This document shows positions 23,604 to 34,337 of a DNA stretch of 64,000 bases, piece after piece. The position numbers and the translations under genes are program-made. The notes below the pieces were generated by a model that did not search any database, was not told the origin of the DNA, and saw only the letters and a list, made by a program, of their open reading frames with translations. This stretch comes from Rhodosorus marinus CCMP1338 (Eukaryota; Plantae; Rhodophyta): positions 682,001 through 746,000 of the forward strand of contig JAMWBK010000012.1 in assembly GCA_029953675.1 (NCBI GenBank). Direction: 5' to 3'. Every line of letters begins with the position of its first letter. Position 1 is the first letter of the stretch.

Positions 23604-24406
23604 ATGATGTGCGAGATGAAGAGGGTTTTGAAGAGGTACGATTCGCCTGACAAGAGGTGGAAGGAGACCATGTTTGTGAACTGTATGCAGCGGTTGAAGG
23701 ACAGGAGGCGACATAGGTTTGATGCTCATCGCCGGGTAGACGAGACGGATGTAGCGGAGGTGATGATGGAGGAGGTCAAAGTTCTCGCTCGTGAGAGCGA
23801 GGAGTCTGGGACGTCGAACGTGATGGAGACGGTGGACATGGACGAACTGGAGTTTGAGATTCTAAACGCGATAGAAGCAGAGGAGTTCCAAGATTTAGAG
23901 CACATCGTTAATGAGGAAATCCAGGAGCTGGAAGTTGAGGCAGATCAGAGGGAGGAGATTGAGCTGGACTTGCAAGGCCTGGAGCTCTCCGAGCTCGAGC
24001 AAAAGCAGATTTTCGTGCTCTGTCCGGTTTGCTTGAAGGATAGCTTGCGGGAAACCGGTGGAGGTTTGATGTGTTCATGCGGGACACTCCTGGCACCGTC
24101 CAAAACCGACGGACCAAATATTTCAGCGGTAAGGGGAACTACCTCGCAGAGGCCAGAGTAAAGCTTTTCCTCCGATGGCGAGGCACTAACTCCGTTCGTT
24201 TACAGGCTAAATGGGAACTAGAACAGGTTTATGCTGAGCACGCGTCAAACCTGTGTGCGGGTAAAATGGTTTGCACCAGACTGGATGCCGAAGCAGGGGG
24301 TCATATGCTGCGCTTCACCTGCGAAGAGTGCCCGCTGAACGCGATCGTACCTGACTCAAAAGACCCAAACACGCGATCAAAATATCTCCTCACGGCAATT
24401 CGATGA
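23604..24406 (+). CDS. RPAIN: RPA-interacting protein (RPAIN/RIP)-like, 2 exons
   Basis: N-terminal YDSP..WKETMFVNCMQRLKDRR, acidic middle, C-terminal CPVC..CSCG|..EH...C...CEEC zinc motif. Intron 24129-24205 with CACTAAC branch. Confidence 0.75.
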
Positions 24407-25170
24407 CCAAAGGCGACGGCGAACTGGATCGCAGCATTGAAACCAGGAGTGCAAGACTCAGGTCAACGGAAGGTTCCAGTGCGATTTCGCAGCCCCCGCT
24501 CCCTCCATCACACCTCCATCGCCTCCCTTTTTTTAGCCCCTTTGTTTTTCTAATCTACAGCAACTTTCGACGAGAACTAACTAAATATCCTAAAAAACCT
24601 CAATACAAAACCGAAAAAACCTCAAAATGCTAATCCATAATCTAAAACCAACCACCGACTATCCTTAATAAACTCTATGGCGAACAATAAATATACACCA
24701 CACCCTCCTCAATATTTCTCAAAACATAAAATACTTTCTTAATCTAGAAACTACTACCTAGTACTGATCCATAATATTGCAACCGGGTGACGCGGGTTGG
24801 TCCTTTCAGCCCTTTGCTGACAGGAAACTCCCTCCTCACATAAAACGAACAAAGGATGATTTAATGAAATATATATATTTTCAAGAGGAATTGGGTCAAA
24901 GGTTGAGATTTTCTTGGGAAAAAAAACGAAAACAGATCTTAAAAGGAAGTTCGGGCTGGTGGATTTGAGTTGGTAGGGAGACGGAGAGAGAGAGGGAGGG
25001 AGAGAGTGGGGGATGGAGAGGGAGAAGGGAGAGAGGGCTTGTAGGATTCTATTTAGAGGAGGATGTTTTTAAGGGGAGTGATGTGTTTTTATTGTTTTTT
25101 GAGCGGGTGATATTTTTGTTTGGAATTTTGGTTCTGTGCTTTTTGTCGTTGTTTTTTGGGTTTGAGAACG

Positions 25171-27460
25171 ATGGGAGAGGGTTTGGGTGAGATGAGGGTG
25201 AGGGGTGGCGGGGGTGAGAAGAGTACGGATGTGCGTGTGGAGGAGGGTGGGAGAGGGGGGAGTCGGGGTGTGAAGATGAGTATTGTGAAACCGCGGCAGA
25301 GGGTGAACAAGAGCGTGATGCTGATCGTGATTTTTCTGATGGTCACGGCTATTGGGATCTATGTGAGTTCGTCTGAGCCGATTTTTGGTGTGCCTGTGGG
25401 TCCTGTGGATAGAGCCCAGGGCGGGCAGAAGCCGTCTTCGGGAACACCAGGAACTCCAGGAACTCCAGGAACTTCTGGAACCTCTGGAAACCCTGAAACA
25501 CCTGGAACGCCAGGAACGCCAGGAACGCCAGGAACGCCAGGAACGCCAGGAACGCCAGGAACGCCAGGAACGCCAGGAACGCCAGGAACGCCAGGAACGC
25601 CAGGAACGCCAGGAACGCCAGGAACGCCAGGAACGCCTGGAACGCCTGGATCCCCTGGATCCCCTGGAACGCATGGATCCCCTGGAACGCATGGAACGCC
25701 CGGAGCACCCGGTACGCCTGGAACGCCTGGAAAACCTGAAACACCGGGAACGCCTGGAAAACCTGAAACACCGGGAACGCCTGGAAAACCTGAAACACCG
25801 GGAACGCCTGGAAAACCTGAAACACCGGGAACGCCTGGAACGCCTGGAACGCCTGGAACGCCTGGAACGCCTGGAACGCCTGGAACCCCCGGTACACCTG
25901 CAACGCCCGGTACACCTGCAACGCCTGGAACCCCCGGTACACCTGCAACGCCCGGTACACCTGCAACGCCTGGAACGCCTGGAACGCCCGGAACGCCTGG
26001 AACGCCTGGAATGCCTGGAACGACTGGAACGCCTGGAACGCCTGGAACGCCTGGAACCCCCGGTACACCTGCAACGCCCGGTACACCTGCAACGCCTGGA
26101 ACCCCCGGTACACCTGCAACGCCCGGTACACCTGCAACGCCTGGAACGCCTGGAACGCCCGGAACGCCTGGAACGCCTGGAATGCCTGGAACGACTGGAA
26201 TGCCTGGAACGCCTGGAATGCCTGGAACGCCTGGAATGCCCGGTACGCCTGGAACGCCTGGAACACCAGGAACACCTGCAACACCAGGAACACCTGCAAC
26301 ACCAGGAACACCTGCAACACCAGGAACACCTGCAACACCAGGAACACCTGCAACAGGCGGGCCTCCCGCAAGAGAAGACAAGTTCGTCAAGGCGACCAAC
26401 ACTGTCCCTGGATTTGATCCCACGACCATCCAGGACTTTTCGATGCTCAACAACCAGATTCCCTCGTGCTCGAAAGCTCGCAAGCCGAAGACATTCCTCA
26501 TGGTCATGTCCTCCCACACAGGAAGTAAGAACTGCTCCGTCCCTATTCATGGCATATCGCGCCTGCAGGGAGACCCGTTACAAGCTCTCATTCATACCAA
26601 CTGCTGTCTGCTTCTCTCTTTTTGAATTAGGTACCGCGCTCATGTCTATCCTAAAGCAGCATCCTGGAACAAGCATCGATGATCTACGAATTTTGGAACC
26701 GCTCAACACGAAGGAACGTACAGAGAACATTACAGCGGCAGTGGAATGGACGCGAGAGTACTTCCGCAAGGCTAGGGATGAAGGACGCTTTGTTGGTTTC
26801 AAGCTTAGCGGATTCCCGGTGATGCGGGCTAAGGAGGAATTTGCTCAGATTGTGGAGGAGTTTGAAACTGCAGTGATTTGGAACTTCCGCCTCGACTTTT
26901 TCAAGAGGTCTGTTGGCCGCTACCCGTTTCAGTGGCTTGGAGATGATACTGCCGTTTCCGGGATATCGAAGAAGGAGCTGGAGGAGCGGTGCAACATGGG
27001 GGTAGGGTGTAATTTCGAGGTTGACAATGTCGAGGATTTGCACTGTCAAATGACGAGGTCGTGGCGAGTTCACTGGGGAATGGAAGAGACTGTGGACTTT
27101 TTGACTGCTCGCTCGGTATTTGGGAAGTCTTGTGCGCTACATGTGGACTATCACGATTTCTTGAAGCATCCTGATCACGTGTCAATGCAGATGCAGGACT
27201 TTCTGGGTCTCCCTAGAAAGGGTATCGAGGCGACCCGGGTGAAGGCAACATCGGATAATATGTGCGAGGTCGTCAGTAACTATGCCGACTTGTGTGCTGC
27301 GTTTGGCGAATGCTCGGAATGGAAGGACATGTTGAACGACGAAGAAAACGGCTGTTCGTGCGATAACTATCAGTTCGAGTCCCTCGGAGGAGACGGAAAA
27401 AATAAGCTTTGCTCAAAGGATGCGGATCCGAGGGGACGTCGTTGGTGCGGAACTTGGTAA
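25171..27460 (+). CDS. Type II membrane sulfotransferase-fold protein, paralog 2, ~727 aa, (GTP)n stem (start codon uncertain)
   Basis: [20 protein letters not shown]. Intron 26525-26630 joins [11 protein letters not shown]|[11 protein letters not shown]. Further motifs [35 protein letters not shown]. Spliced length 2184 nt, in frame. Confidence 0.8.
25441..26355 (+). repeat. Coding 9-bp tandem repeat (GGAACGCCW; Gly-Thr-Pro) with 27-bp (GTPGKPETP x4) and 171-bp higher-order units
   Basis: Directly visible. Landmark sequences recur at 25881/26052 and 26011/26182, giving a period of 171 bp. Confidence 0.95.
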
Positions 27461-30263
27461 GATCACCCTCGAATCGATCATCAGCCTGGCGACTTGCGCT
27501 TACTAACCATGCTCCGATTTTCACCAACTGTTCGTACGCAGGGAGAGCGGAACGTAAATTCCGGAGAACTGATTGAAGCTAGTGCGTACTGAAGTGCTCA
27601 GTATGCTGCCTTTTGCTAGCTTACGGAGCTGATACCCGAGCGTAGTGACCAAGCGTGTGGCTTATATTCGATTTGGTGACTCCAGCAATTATTTCGTTTT
27701 TTTTGATTGGCGTATTCATCGTCGTATTGGGTGGCCACATCGCCGATGAGGCTGCAGCAGGCACATTGGGAAGAGTTTGGCCTCAACACGGACATTGGCC
27801 GCTCGTAGCACATCTGAAGATGTTGAATAGGCATTGCTTAACTTGCAGGCTTCCGATTCAAGGAGGCCGTGCGGTTCGGGTTGGGGGAGCTAGATCCTCA
27901 CTTCTAGTCAATCTCCTGACTGACACACTTGGATTTGATAACTCACGTTGGACGCTGATCATGCGACTGCCGATGAGTCTTGCACGGCGATTGTAACTAG
28001 TAGCTTCGAGAATGCTCCCTGTCGCTGGTTTTCTTGATGGTGGCTATCAGAACATGCACTTATCTACGTGTGGAAGCGCCTCGAGGTCATTGTCGTCAAT
28101 CAGCGTGGGCTTCGCTTTGGTTCCTTGTTGTTTTTGTTGTTGTTGTTATTGTTGTAGACCGGTTGATACAGGCCTGTGCTCCCAAAGGACACTGATTGGG
28201 GACAGCCAATGTAAAGATAAGCTCATATTTTCAATCGAACCGAGTCCCGGCAAGAGGTCCACCGCCCGTGGCCATCTCGCCGCTATAACAGAAGAGAAAA
28301 AAAAAAAGAACACCCCCGAACAACAGGCAGAGATGAGGCAAAAATTATCCGCATAGAAATAACGTCTACTTCAACGAGAAAACCAGCTCAAGGACTAAAA
28401 AGCTCCTACTACCCTTAGCCCCGCTTCCTCACCCCAGCTGTCCCCAAAAAAACCAAGTGGACAGCGGGACAAGGTATCTCGAAGAAATGATTGAACTTCT
28501 ATCAATATATAACCGTTGGAAATCCTTGACATAAATATAAAACTAAACGTGTCCAATTCTGAGCCTCTTTTTTTTCAGCATCGGATAGGCTCTAAAGTTT
28601 TTAATTTTTTCAATACAAATCACGTCATGACGACCATTTTTTGCTGCCTAATATTTCCAAAATAATTTGCCAATATTATTGAATACGAAATAAAAATAAG
28701 TTGCAATGGATATTGCTGTCCGCAGGGACCTTAAAATTGGGAGGAATACGTCTTGTCCCAGGCCAAAAAACAGTGATTTTACTTATTTTGGGCATTGTTC
28801 CTACGGGGTTTGTTTCCACTCATCATCGAGGGCCTTGGTTGATTTGATAGGGTTAGGTTCTCGTTGGCTTTTGGGCGCTCTTTCGGAACAGGCTAGGGCG
28901 TCTTGATAGCCTCCTCACGGAGCTGTTCTTGCTTGACTTGCTCTGGGTCTGGCCCTCCAACGCTTGCTTTATTATCAATGAGTTGGTACGAGAGCGCGTC
29001 AGCAGCGTTTTTTTTCTCTCTTCTCCAGGTAGTTTAGGCTCTGAATAAACGGGATGACGATGATGACAATTCCCTATTCCCAAAACGAAAGATTTGGCCA
29101 AAACGGGAGTTTCTGTAGTTCTGGTCGTCCATGAGCGTAGATTAGATGTCTTCTCCTTGCCCAAAAAAGTAACCTGAAAACCTCTTTTTTCGTCCAAAAC
29201 ACCCATTTTAGGGTGAAAACCTTCCCCTTCTCGCTATCCTCCGTAGATAAAAATTATTTTCTGGTAAGTTTTCTGCAGTCCCCTGACTTTAGGTTTTACT
29301 CACCCCCCAAAAAACATAAAACCTGTTCTTTTTATAGGACCCTGCAGACCCTGACAAACCCCCCCCCCCCTCCCCAAAACCATCCACCAAAACCTTCCAA
29401 ATCCGCAAAAGTTTGTTGTCAATCGAAGAAAAAGCAAAAGGATCGATCCTGAGAACAGACTATACCCCATTTTCGACGTAACTTTTATTTAATATTCAAT
29501 TATCTCGTGACCACAATTCTTATGTACAAGATAAGGGGGGTAAAAACACACCTCATATTTTCAAAAAGAGCAAACAATATTACTAAAAGATAATATAAAT
29601 ATACTTTACTACAGGGGACTGAAAATATGTTTATTAATTTTATGTTTTTTTGTAATTATTAATTAGATGTCATCGACACCGTAGGAAAATAAGTTTCCTT
29701 TTTTTTATTATTAATAATGAAAAGTGGGGGGGGTCAAAAAAAGAGGTGTCATCCGTCATGGATGGATGTGGGGTTCGTGACTTGTAATGGCAAAACTTTT
29801 TGGAGAGGAATTTGGGAGAGCGATTTGAGATGATTTGATGTGGTGGCTTTTTCCTTTTGACTATTGTTTGCCCAAGTTTCAGTGGGGACTTTGGGGAGGG
29901 AGGTTGGTAAGAGGAAGGGAACAGAGGGGGAGAGACAGAGAGAGAGAGAGAGAGAGTTGGTTTAGGAGTTTAGCCTTAGCTACAGGTTTAGGCTTTTGGG
30001 GGGGATGTTGGGGAGAGGGTTTGCTTCCGGCGTGTTTTTTTTTTTGGTTTTGGGGGGTTGGAGCATGAGGGCGTGGGAGCGTTCTGGTGTGTATGGAATT
30101 GCTTTTTGACCGGGGGCCTCGGGGGGGGGGGGGTTGGTTTTCGTGAATAGCTGGTTTGGGCCTCCGGAATAGGCCCGTTGTTGTTCAGCTGAGAGTTTTG
30201 GATGCGCTGAGAAGCCGTTGGGAAGATTTTGTCTTTTGCTTTATTTTGGATAAGTTTTGACAG

Positions 30264-32687
30264 ATGAAGTCCGCGGGTGGTCGGAGGGGGAAGTTGTTTG
30301 GTGGAAAGGGTACCACCGGTCGAACTGGATTTGAGCGAGGGGCGGGTCCAGAGGGGAGAAGATGGAGCAAGCTGTTAAGGTATATGGCGTTCCCGGTCTT
30401 TATGGCGGTTATTTTCCTCGGGATGCTTGCGAATACCGGGGATATGGGGAGTGGCAGCTCTTTCCGCATTGAGCAACTGACCCCGGGGGGTGAAGAAGAA
30501 GGACAAGCGGGACAACCGGTGGGTATTCCACCTGCGGCAGTTCAACCACCGACAACAGAACAACCACCCTCGCGTCAGCCGGGAACGGTACAACCACCTG
30601 TAGGAGCACCACCTGTAGGAGCACCACCGGCGGGAGCACCACCGGCGGGAGCACCACCTGTAGGGGCACCACCTGCGGGAGCACCACCTGTAGTAGCACC
30701 ACCCGTAGTAGCACCGCCTCCGGGAGCACCGCCTCCGGGAGCACCGCCTCCGGGAGCACCGCCTCCGGGAGCACCGCCTCCGGGAGCACCGCCTCCGGGA
30801 GCACCGCCTCCGGGAGCACCGCCTCCGGGAGCACCGCCTCCGGGAGCACCGCCTCCGGGAGCACCGCCTCCGGGAGCACCGCCTCCGGGAGCACCGCCTC
30901 CGGGAGCACCGCCTCCGGGAGCACCGCCTCCGGGAGCACCGCCTCCGGGAGCACCGCCTCCGGGAGCACCGCCTCCGGGAGCACCGCCTCCGGGAGCACC
31001 GCCTCCGGGAGCACCGCCTCCGGGAGCACCGCCTCCGGGAGCACCGCCTCCGGGAGCACCGCCTCCGGGAGCACCGCCTCCGGGAGCACCGCCTCCGGGA
31101 GCACCGCCTCCGGGAGCACCGCCTCCGGGAGCACCACCTCCGGGAGCACCACCTCCGGGAGCACCGCCTCCGGGAGCACCGCCTCCGGGAGCACCGCCTC
31201 CGGGAGCACCACCTCCGGGAGCACCACCCTTAGGAGCACCACCCTTAGGAGCACCACCTGTAGGGTCACCACCTGCGGGGGCACCACCCGTAGTAGCACC
31301 GCCTGCGGGGGCACCACCTGCGGGAGCACCACCTGTGAGTCAGGCGCAGGTGCCTCCACCAGCCGCGGTTGGAGGAGTTTTACCCGGACAATCTCCCGAG
31401 AATCCTTCAGGTACCTACCAGCGAAAACGGTGGGCACCCGTTTTCCTTGCGCTGACCTCCGTTCGATTCCACGAACCCGATTAGGTGATGATGTTCTCAG
31501 AAAGGTTGTGCCGCAATGCACAAAAGATCTGGATCCGCCCAAGGGCTATATCATGGTCATGTCCGCCCATACCGGAAGTACGTATTAGAAACAGGCGATT
31601 GCGCCATGCAAGGACTGCGATAACCTAGTTTCTCGTACAAGCCCTCGACTTCTCGCTCTAACAACCTTTTGGTATTCTTCTGTTAGGCACGGCGATGATG
31701 TCCCAGCTTACTCAGCACCCGGGTGTAGTGTGGGACATGAACAACTACGAGCCATTGAACCAGTTCGACTATGAGGAGCTGAATCCCTGGGGAGCAGCGG
31801 AGTGGGCCCGTGAGTACTTTGAACACTGGAACAATCCTGTGAATAACCCGGAAGGGAAGCTGCCCGGCTTCAAGATGAGCGCGGTGACGATCGTCAAGGC
31901 GCCGGAGGTGTTCAGACAGCTTGCGCGAGATTTCAAGCTGCGTATACTTTGGAACTTTCGCGAAGACGCTTTGAAGAGGGCGGCTGGTCGGTATCCGTAC
32001 TACTACCTAAAAGACGACACTTCCATTGGTGGACTCAACCTAGGAGAAGACGCGTCCTCACGTTGTGATATGGGTGTGGGCTGCTCTTTCAAGATCGACC
32101 GGATGGGACACCTACACTGCGTCATGATCAGAAATGCAAAGGTCGATGAGTACATGAAGAAGGCGGTGGACATCCTATCCACGGACCACGGGTGCTATCT
32201 GGAGCTGCTCTATGAGGATTACCTGCAGTATCCTGATGAGCAGATGGAAGAGATTTACAAATTTTTGGGACTTGAGAATTTAGAAGTCGAGTCCAAGAGG
32301 GGAAAGGCGACGTCGGACAACATGTGCAAAGTCATTGAAAACTATGACGAGGTCTGCGCAGCCTTCAACGAGTGCTCAGCATGGAAACAGTGGCTGAATG
32401 ACCCGAAGAACGGCTGCTCCTGTGAAAACTACACTTTTACAAGTTTGGGAGGAGACGGTGTGAACGAACTTTGTTCGACCCAGAAACCTCCAGACTATGC
32501 CCGTTGGTGCGGCGGGTTCAACTACGAGGAGGACGTGAAGCGAATCTTGAGGCTTCGCGAGGAAGGCCCGCAGGCAATGAAAGATTTCAAAGAAGCCAAG
32601 CTCGGATCTTCCAGCGAAGAACACAGGGAACCGACAGTCATTCATCTAAACAAGGGAGAAGTGACGAACTGGGGAAACCCAGAATAG
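30264..32687 (+). CDS. Type II membrane sulfotransferase-fold protein, paralog 3, ~746 aa, (GAPPP)n stem, 3 exons
   Basis: TM LLRYMAFPVFMAVIFLGML. Introns 31411-31484 and 31578-31686 give ENPSG|DDVLRKVVPQC...GYIMVMSAHTGS|TAMMSQLTQHP. Further motifs [40 protein letters not shown]. Spliced length 2241 nt, in frame. Confidence 0.8.
30591..31335 (+). repeat. Coding 15-bp tandem repeat; 33 GAPPP units (GGAGCACCGCCTCCG) flanked by GAPPV/GAPPA/VAPP variants
   Basis: Directly visible; the core 30722-31216 is nearly homogeneous. Confidence 0.95.
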
Positions 32688-33392
32688 GCCACCAGATTCG
32701 CGGTTTTAATCCGTCACCCTCTCGTCACCACGCTGGGTCTGCTGCTTCGATCAGCAATCTTTGTACAGCCTTCAATATGCTAATTCCTTATGATTGTAAT
32801 CTAGAAATGGAAAGACCATCCAATAACAACAATCTTTCAAAATTCCAAAATGTTTTTTCTTTAAGCCTTCACGTCTTGACACCAAAGCCTGTCGGATCGC
32901 GCTGTTCACAAGTTGCCGTCCTGCTTACGTCTCCACCGAGCAGGATCCGGAGTCGCCGTCCACCCAGCTGCAGCGAGTGCTTCCGAAAAAGTCACCTGTC
33001 CGAAGCAAGAATCCGAGAAAACTCAAACTGTGATCACACGCTATCGCTCCCGAAGTCAGCGCATAACACAATCACACCCGCGGGCTGGATGAAAACAGTC
33101 ACGATGCTCTGAAAGCACAGGGTCGCCTGTACCACAGGAAGGATTGTGGACACCTGCTGCGGGTGGGCCTTGGGGAGGGGGGAGGTCGTTCGGATTGATC
33201 ACTGCTTCTCGAGTCTCGGCTGCTGAGAGAAAAACTCTGCAGTTACTCAAACCCTGCAATGCGAGTTGCAGGTATCTCCTTTCTCACACCCTCAAAGCTG
33301 CAGCTGTTTGCTGAGGGACGCTGGTAATTGGGGCGGGTTCGGTATGTTCAGTGGTGCCGCATTGTGGTGTATTTCGGATTTCGTGGTAGGCT

Positions 33393-34337
33393 TCAATTTT
33401 CATCGGTGCCGGTGCTGGGATCAACTACTGGTCCACGGACCAAGCGGTCTTTGCTTGGGCCAGTCTCTGGCTTACTCGCACTGCCTCCTCCTCCTCGGTG
33501 GTGTCCGCTCACGTTGTTCGTCCCTGTCGACGGATGGTGCTGTTGGTCGGAAACTGCGGTGTCACCATGTTGACGCTTTGTGATAGAAAGGTGTGTGTGG
33601 GTAGGTTGCCTGGTTCTCGCTACGCTGTCATCGTAGACGGTGACCTGGTCGAGTTCATGGTGCTTCTCGAGGCCGTGTAGGATTGCTGCTTCCTCCTCGG
33701 TGGGCAATCGGAGTTCATCGTAGAAGGCGAAGAAGACAACGAGAACGCAGATTCCGACCACGTACATCAGCGATAGAACGTGGAGCTTCTCAAGTAGGAA
33801 CGGGAACACCGTGCGGCCGATAACAGCACCGAAGCCGTACGTCGCTACAGAGAGGAGCGCGGGAATCCACTTTGAATCAGGGATCCATGTGAGCAGGAGC
33901 TTTACCCCAGTAGAATACAGGCTTCCCATCCCAGCTCCCAGCATCGCACTTCCAAAGTAGACGACGGAGAAATGAGAAGACTGAACTCCAAACGCGGTGA
34001 CCAAATGCCCGGCCTCCAGACAACATCCGATCAAGCCAACAGAACGTACCCTCTGAGGATATCTAAGCAGGAACAGTGAGCTAAGAACCAACGACAGCAG
34101 CATTGTCCGAACCCTGAAGTCGTGAGCCACCCGGAACGGACCGGTCATCCCATCGTCGAACTCACTCAGCCGCTCAGAAATCAAGACGTATTCACCAGCA
34201 AAACCCCCGCTCAGAATACAAAACATCGCACACGGAACTTTAGTCGTCCATCGAAAGTCCAGTCCGCTTGAGAGGTACCCAACCTCCTCACCCCCATCCT
34301 CCTCAACCTGTTCAATCTCCATCACATCCAAAAACAC
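33393..34337 (-). CDS. MFS (oxalate:formate antiporter/YhjX-like) N-terminal half-transporter with polar C-tail
   Basis: About 6 hydrophobic helices. Motif LGAGMGSLYSTGVKLLLTWIPDSK..ALLSVATYGFGAVIG resembles the OFA-family G.G.G..Y......WFPD..G.A.G motif. No second 6-TM half found. Confidence 0.6.
   Translation of the reverse strand: MFLDVMEIEQVEEDGGEEVGYLSSGLDFRWTTKVPCAMFCILSGGFAGEYVLISERLSEFDDGMTGPFRVAHDFRVRTMLLSLVLSSLFLLRYPQRVRSVGLIGCCLEAGHLVTAFGVQSSHFSVVYFGSAMLGAGMGSLYSTGVKLLLTWIPDSKWIPALLSVATYGFGAVIGRTVFPFLLEKLHVLSLMYVVGICVLVVFFAFYDELRLPTEEEAAILHGLEKHHELDQVTVYDDSVARTRQPTHTHLSITKRQHGDTAVSDQQHHPSTGTNNVSGHHRGGGGSASKPETGPSKDRLVRGPVVDPSTGTDEN

Noticed and set aside
25069-27460. Long alternative ORFs over the 9-bp repeat: (ERQ/ERL)n 691 aa reading unspliced into the catalytic domain, (VPG)n elastin-like, (FQA)n, (RRS)n/Cys-rich
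   Set aside because: A stop-free 9-bp repeat opens five of six frames automatically. Only the GTP frame has a TM anchor and splices at the conserved intron to rebuild the HTGST loop.
28853-29206. Possible minus-strand gene predicted by strand skew
   Set aside because: No recognisable domain or consistent exon chain could be built.
30409-31542. 377-aa antisense (EAVLP)n ORF
   Set aside because: Shadow of the 15-bp GAPPP repeat.
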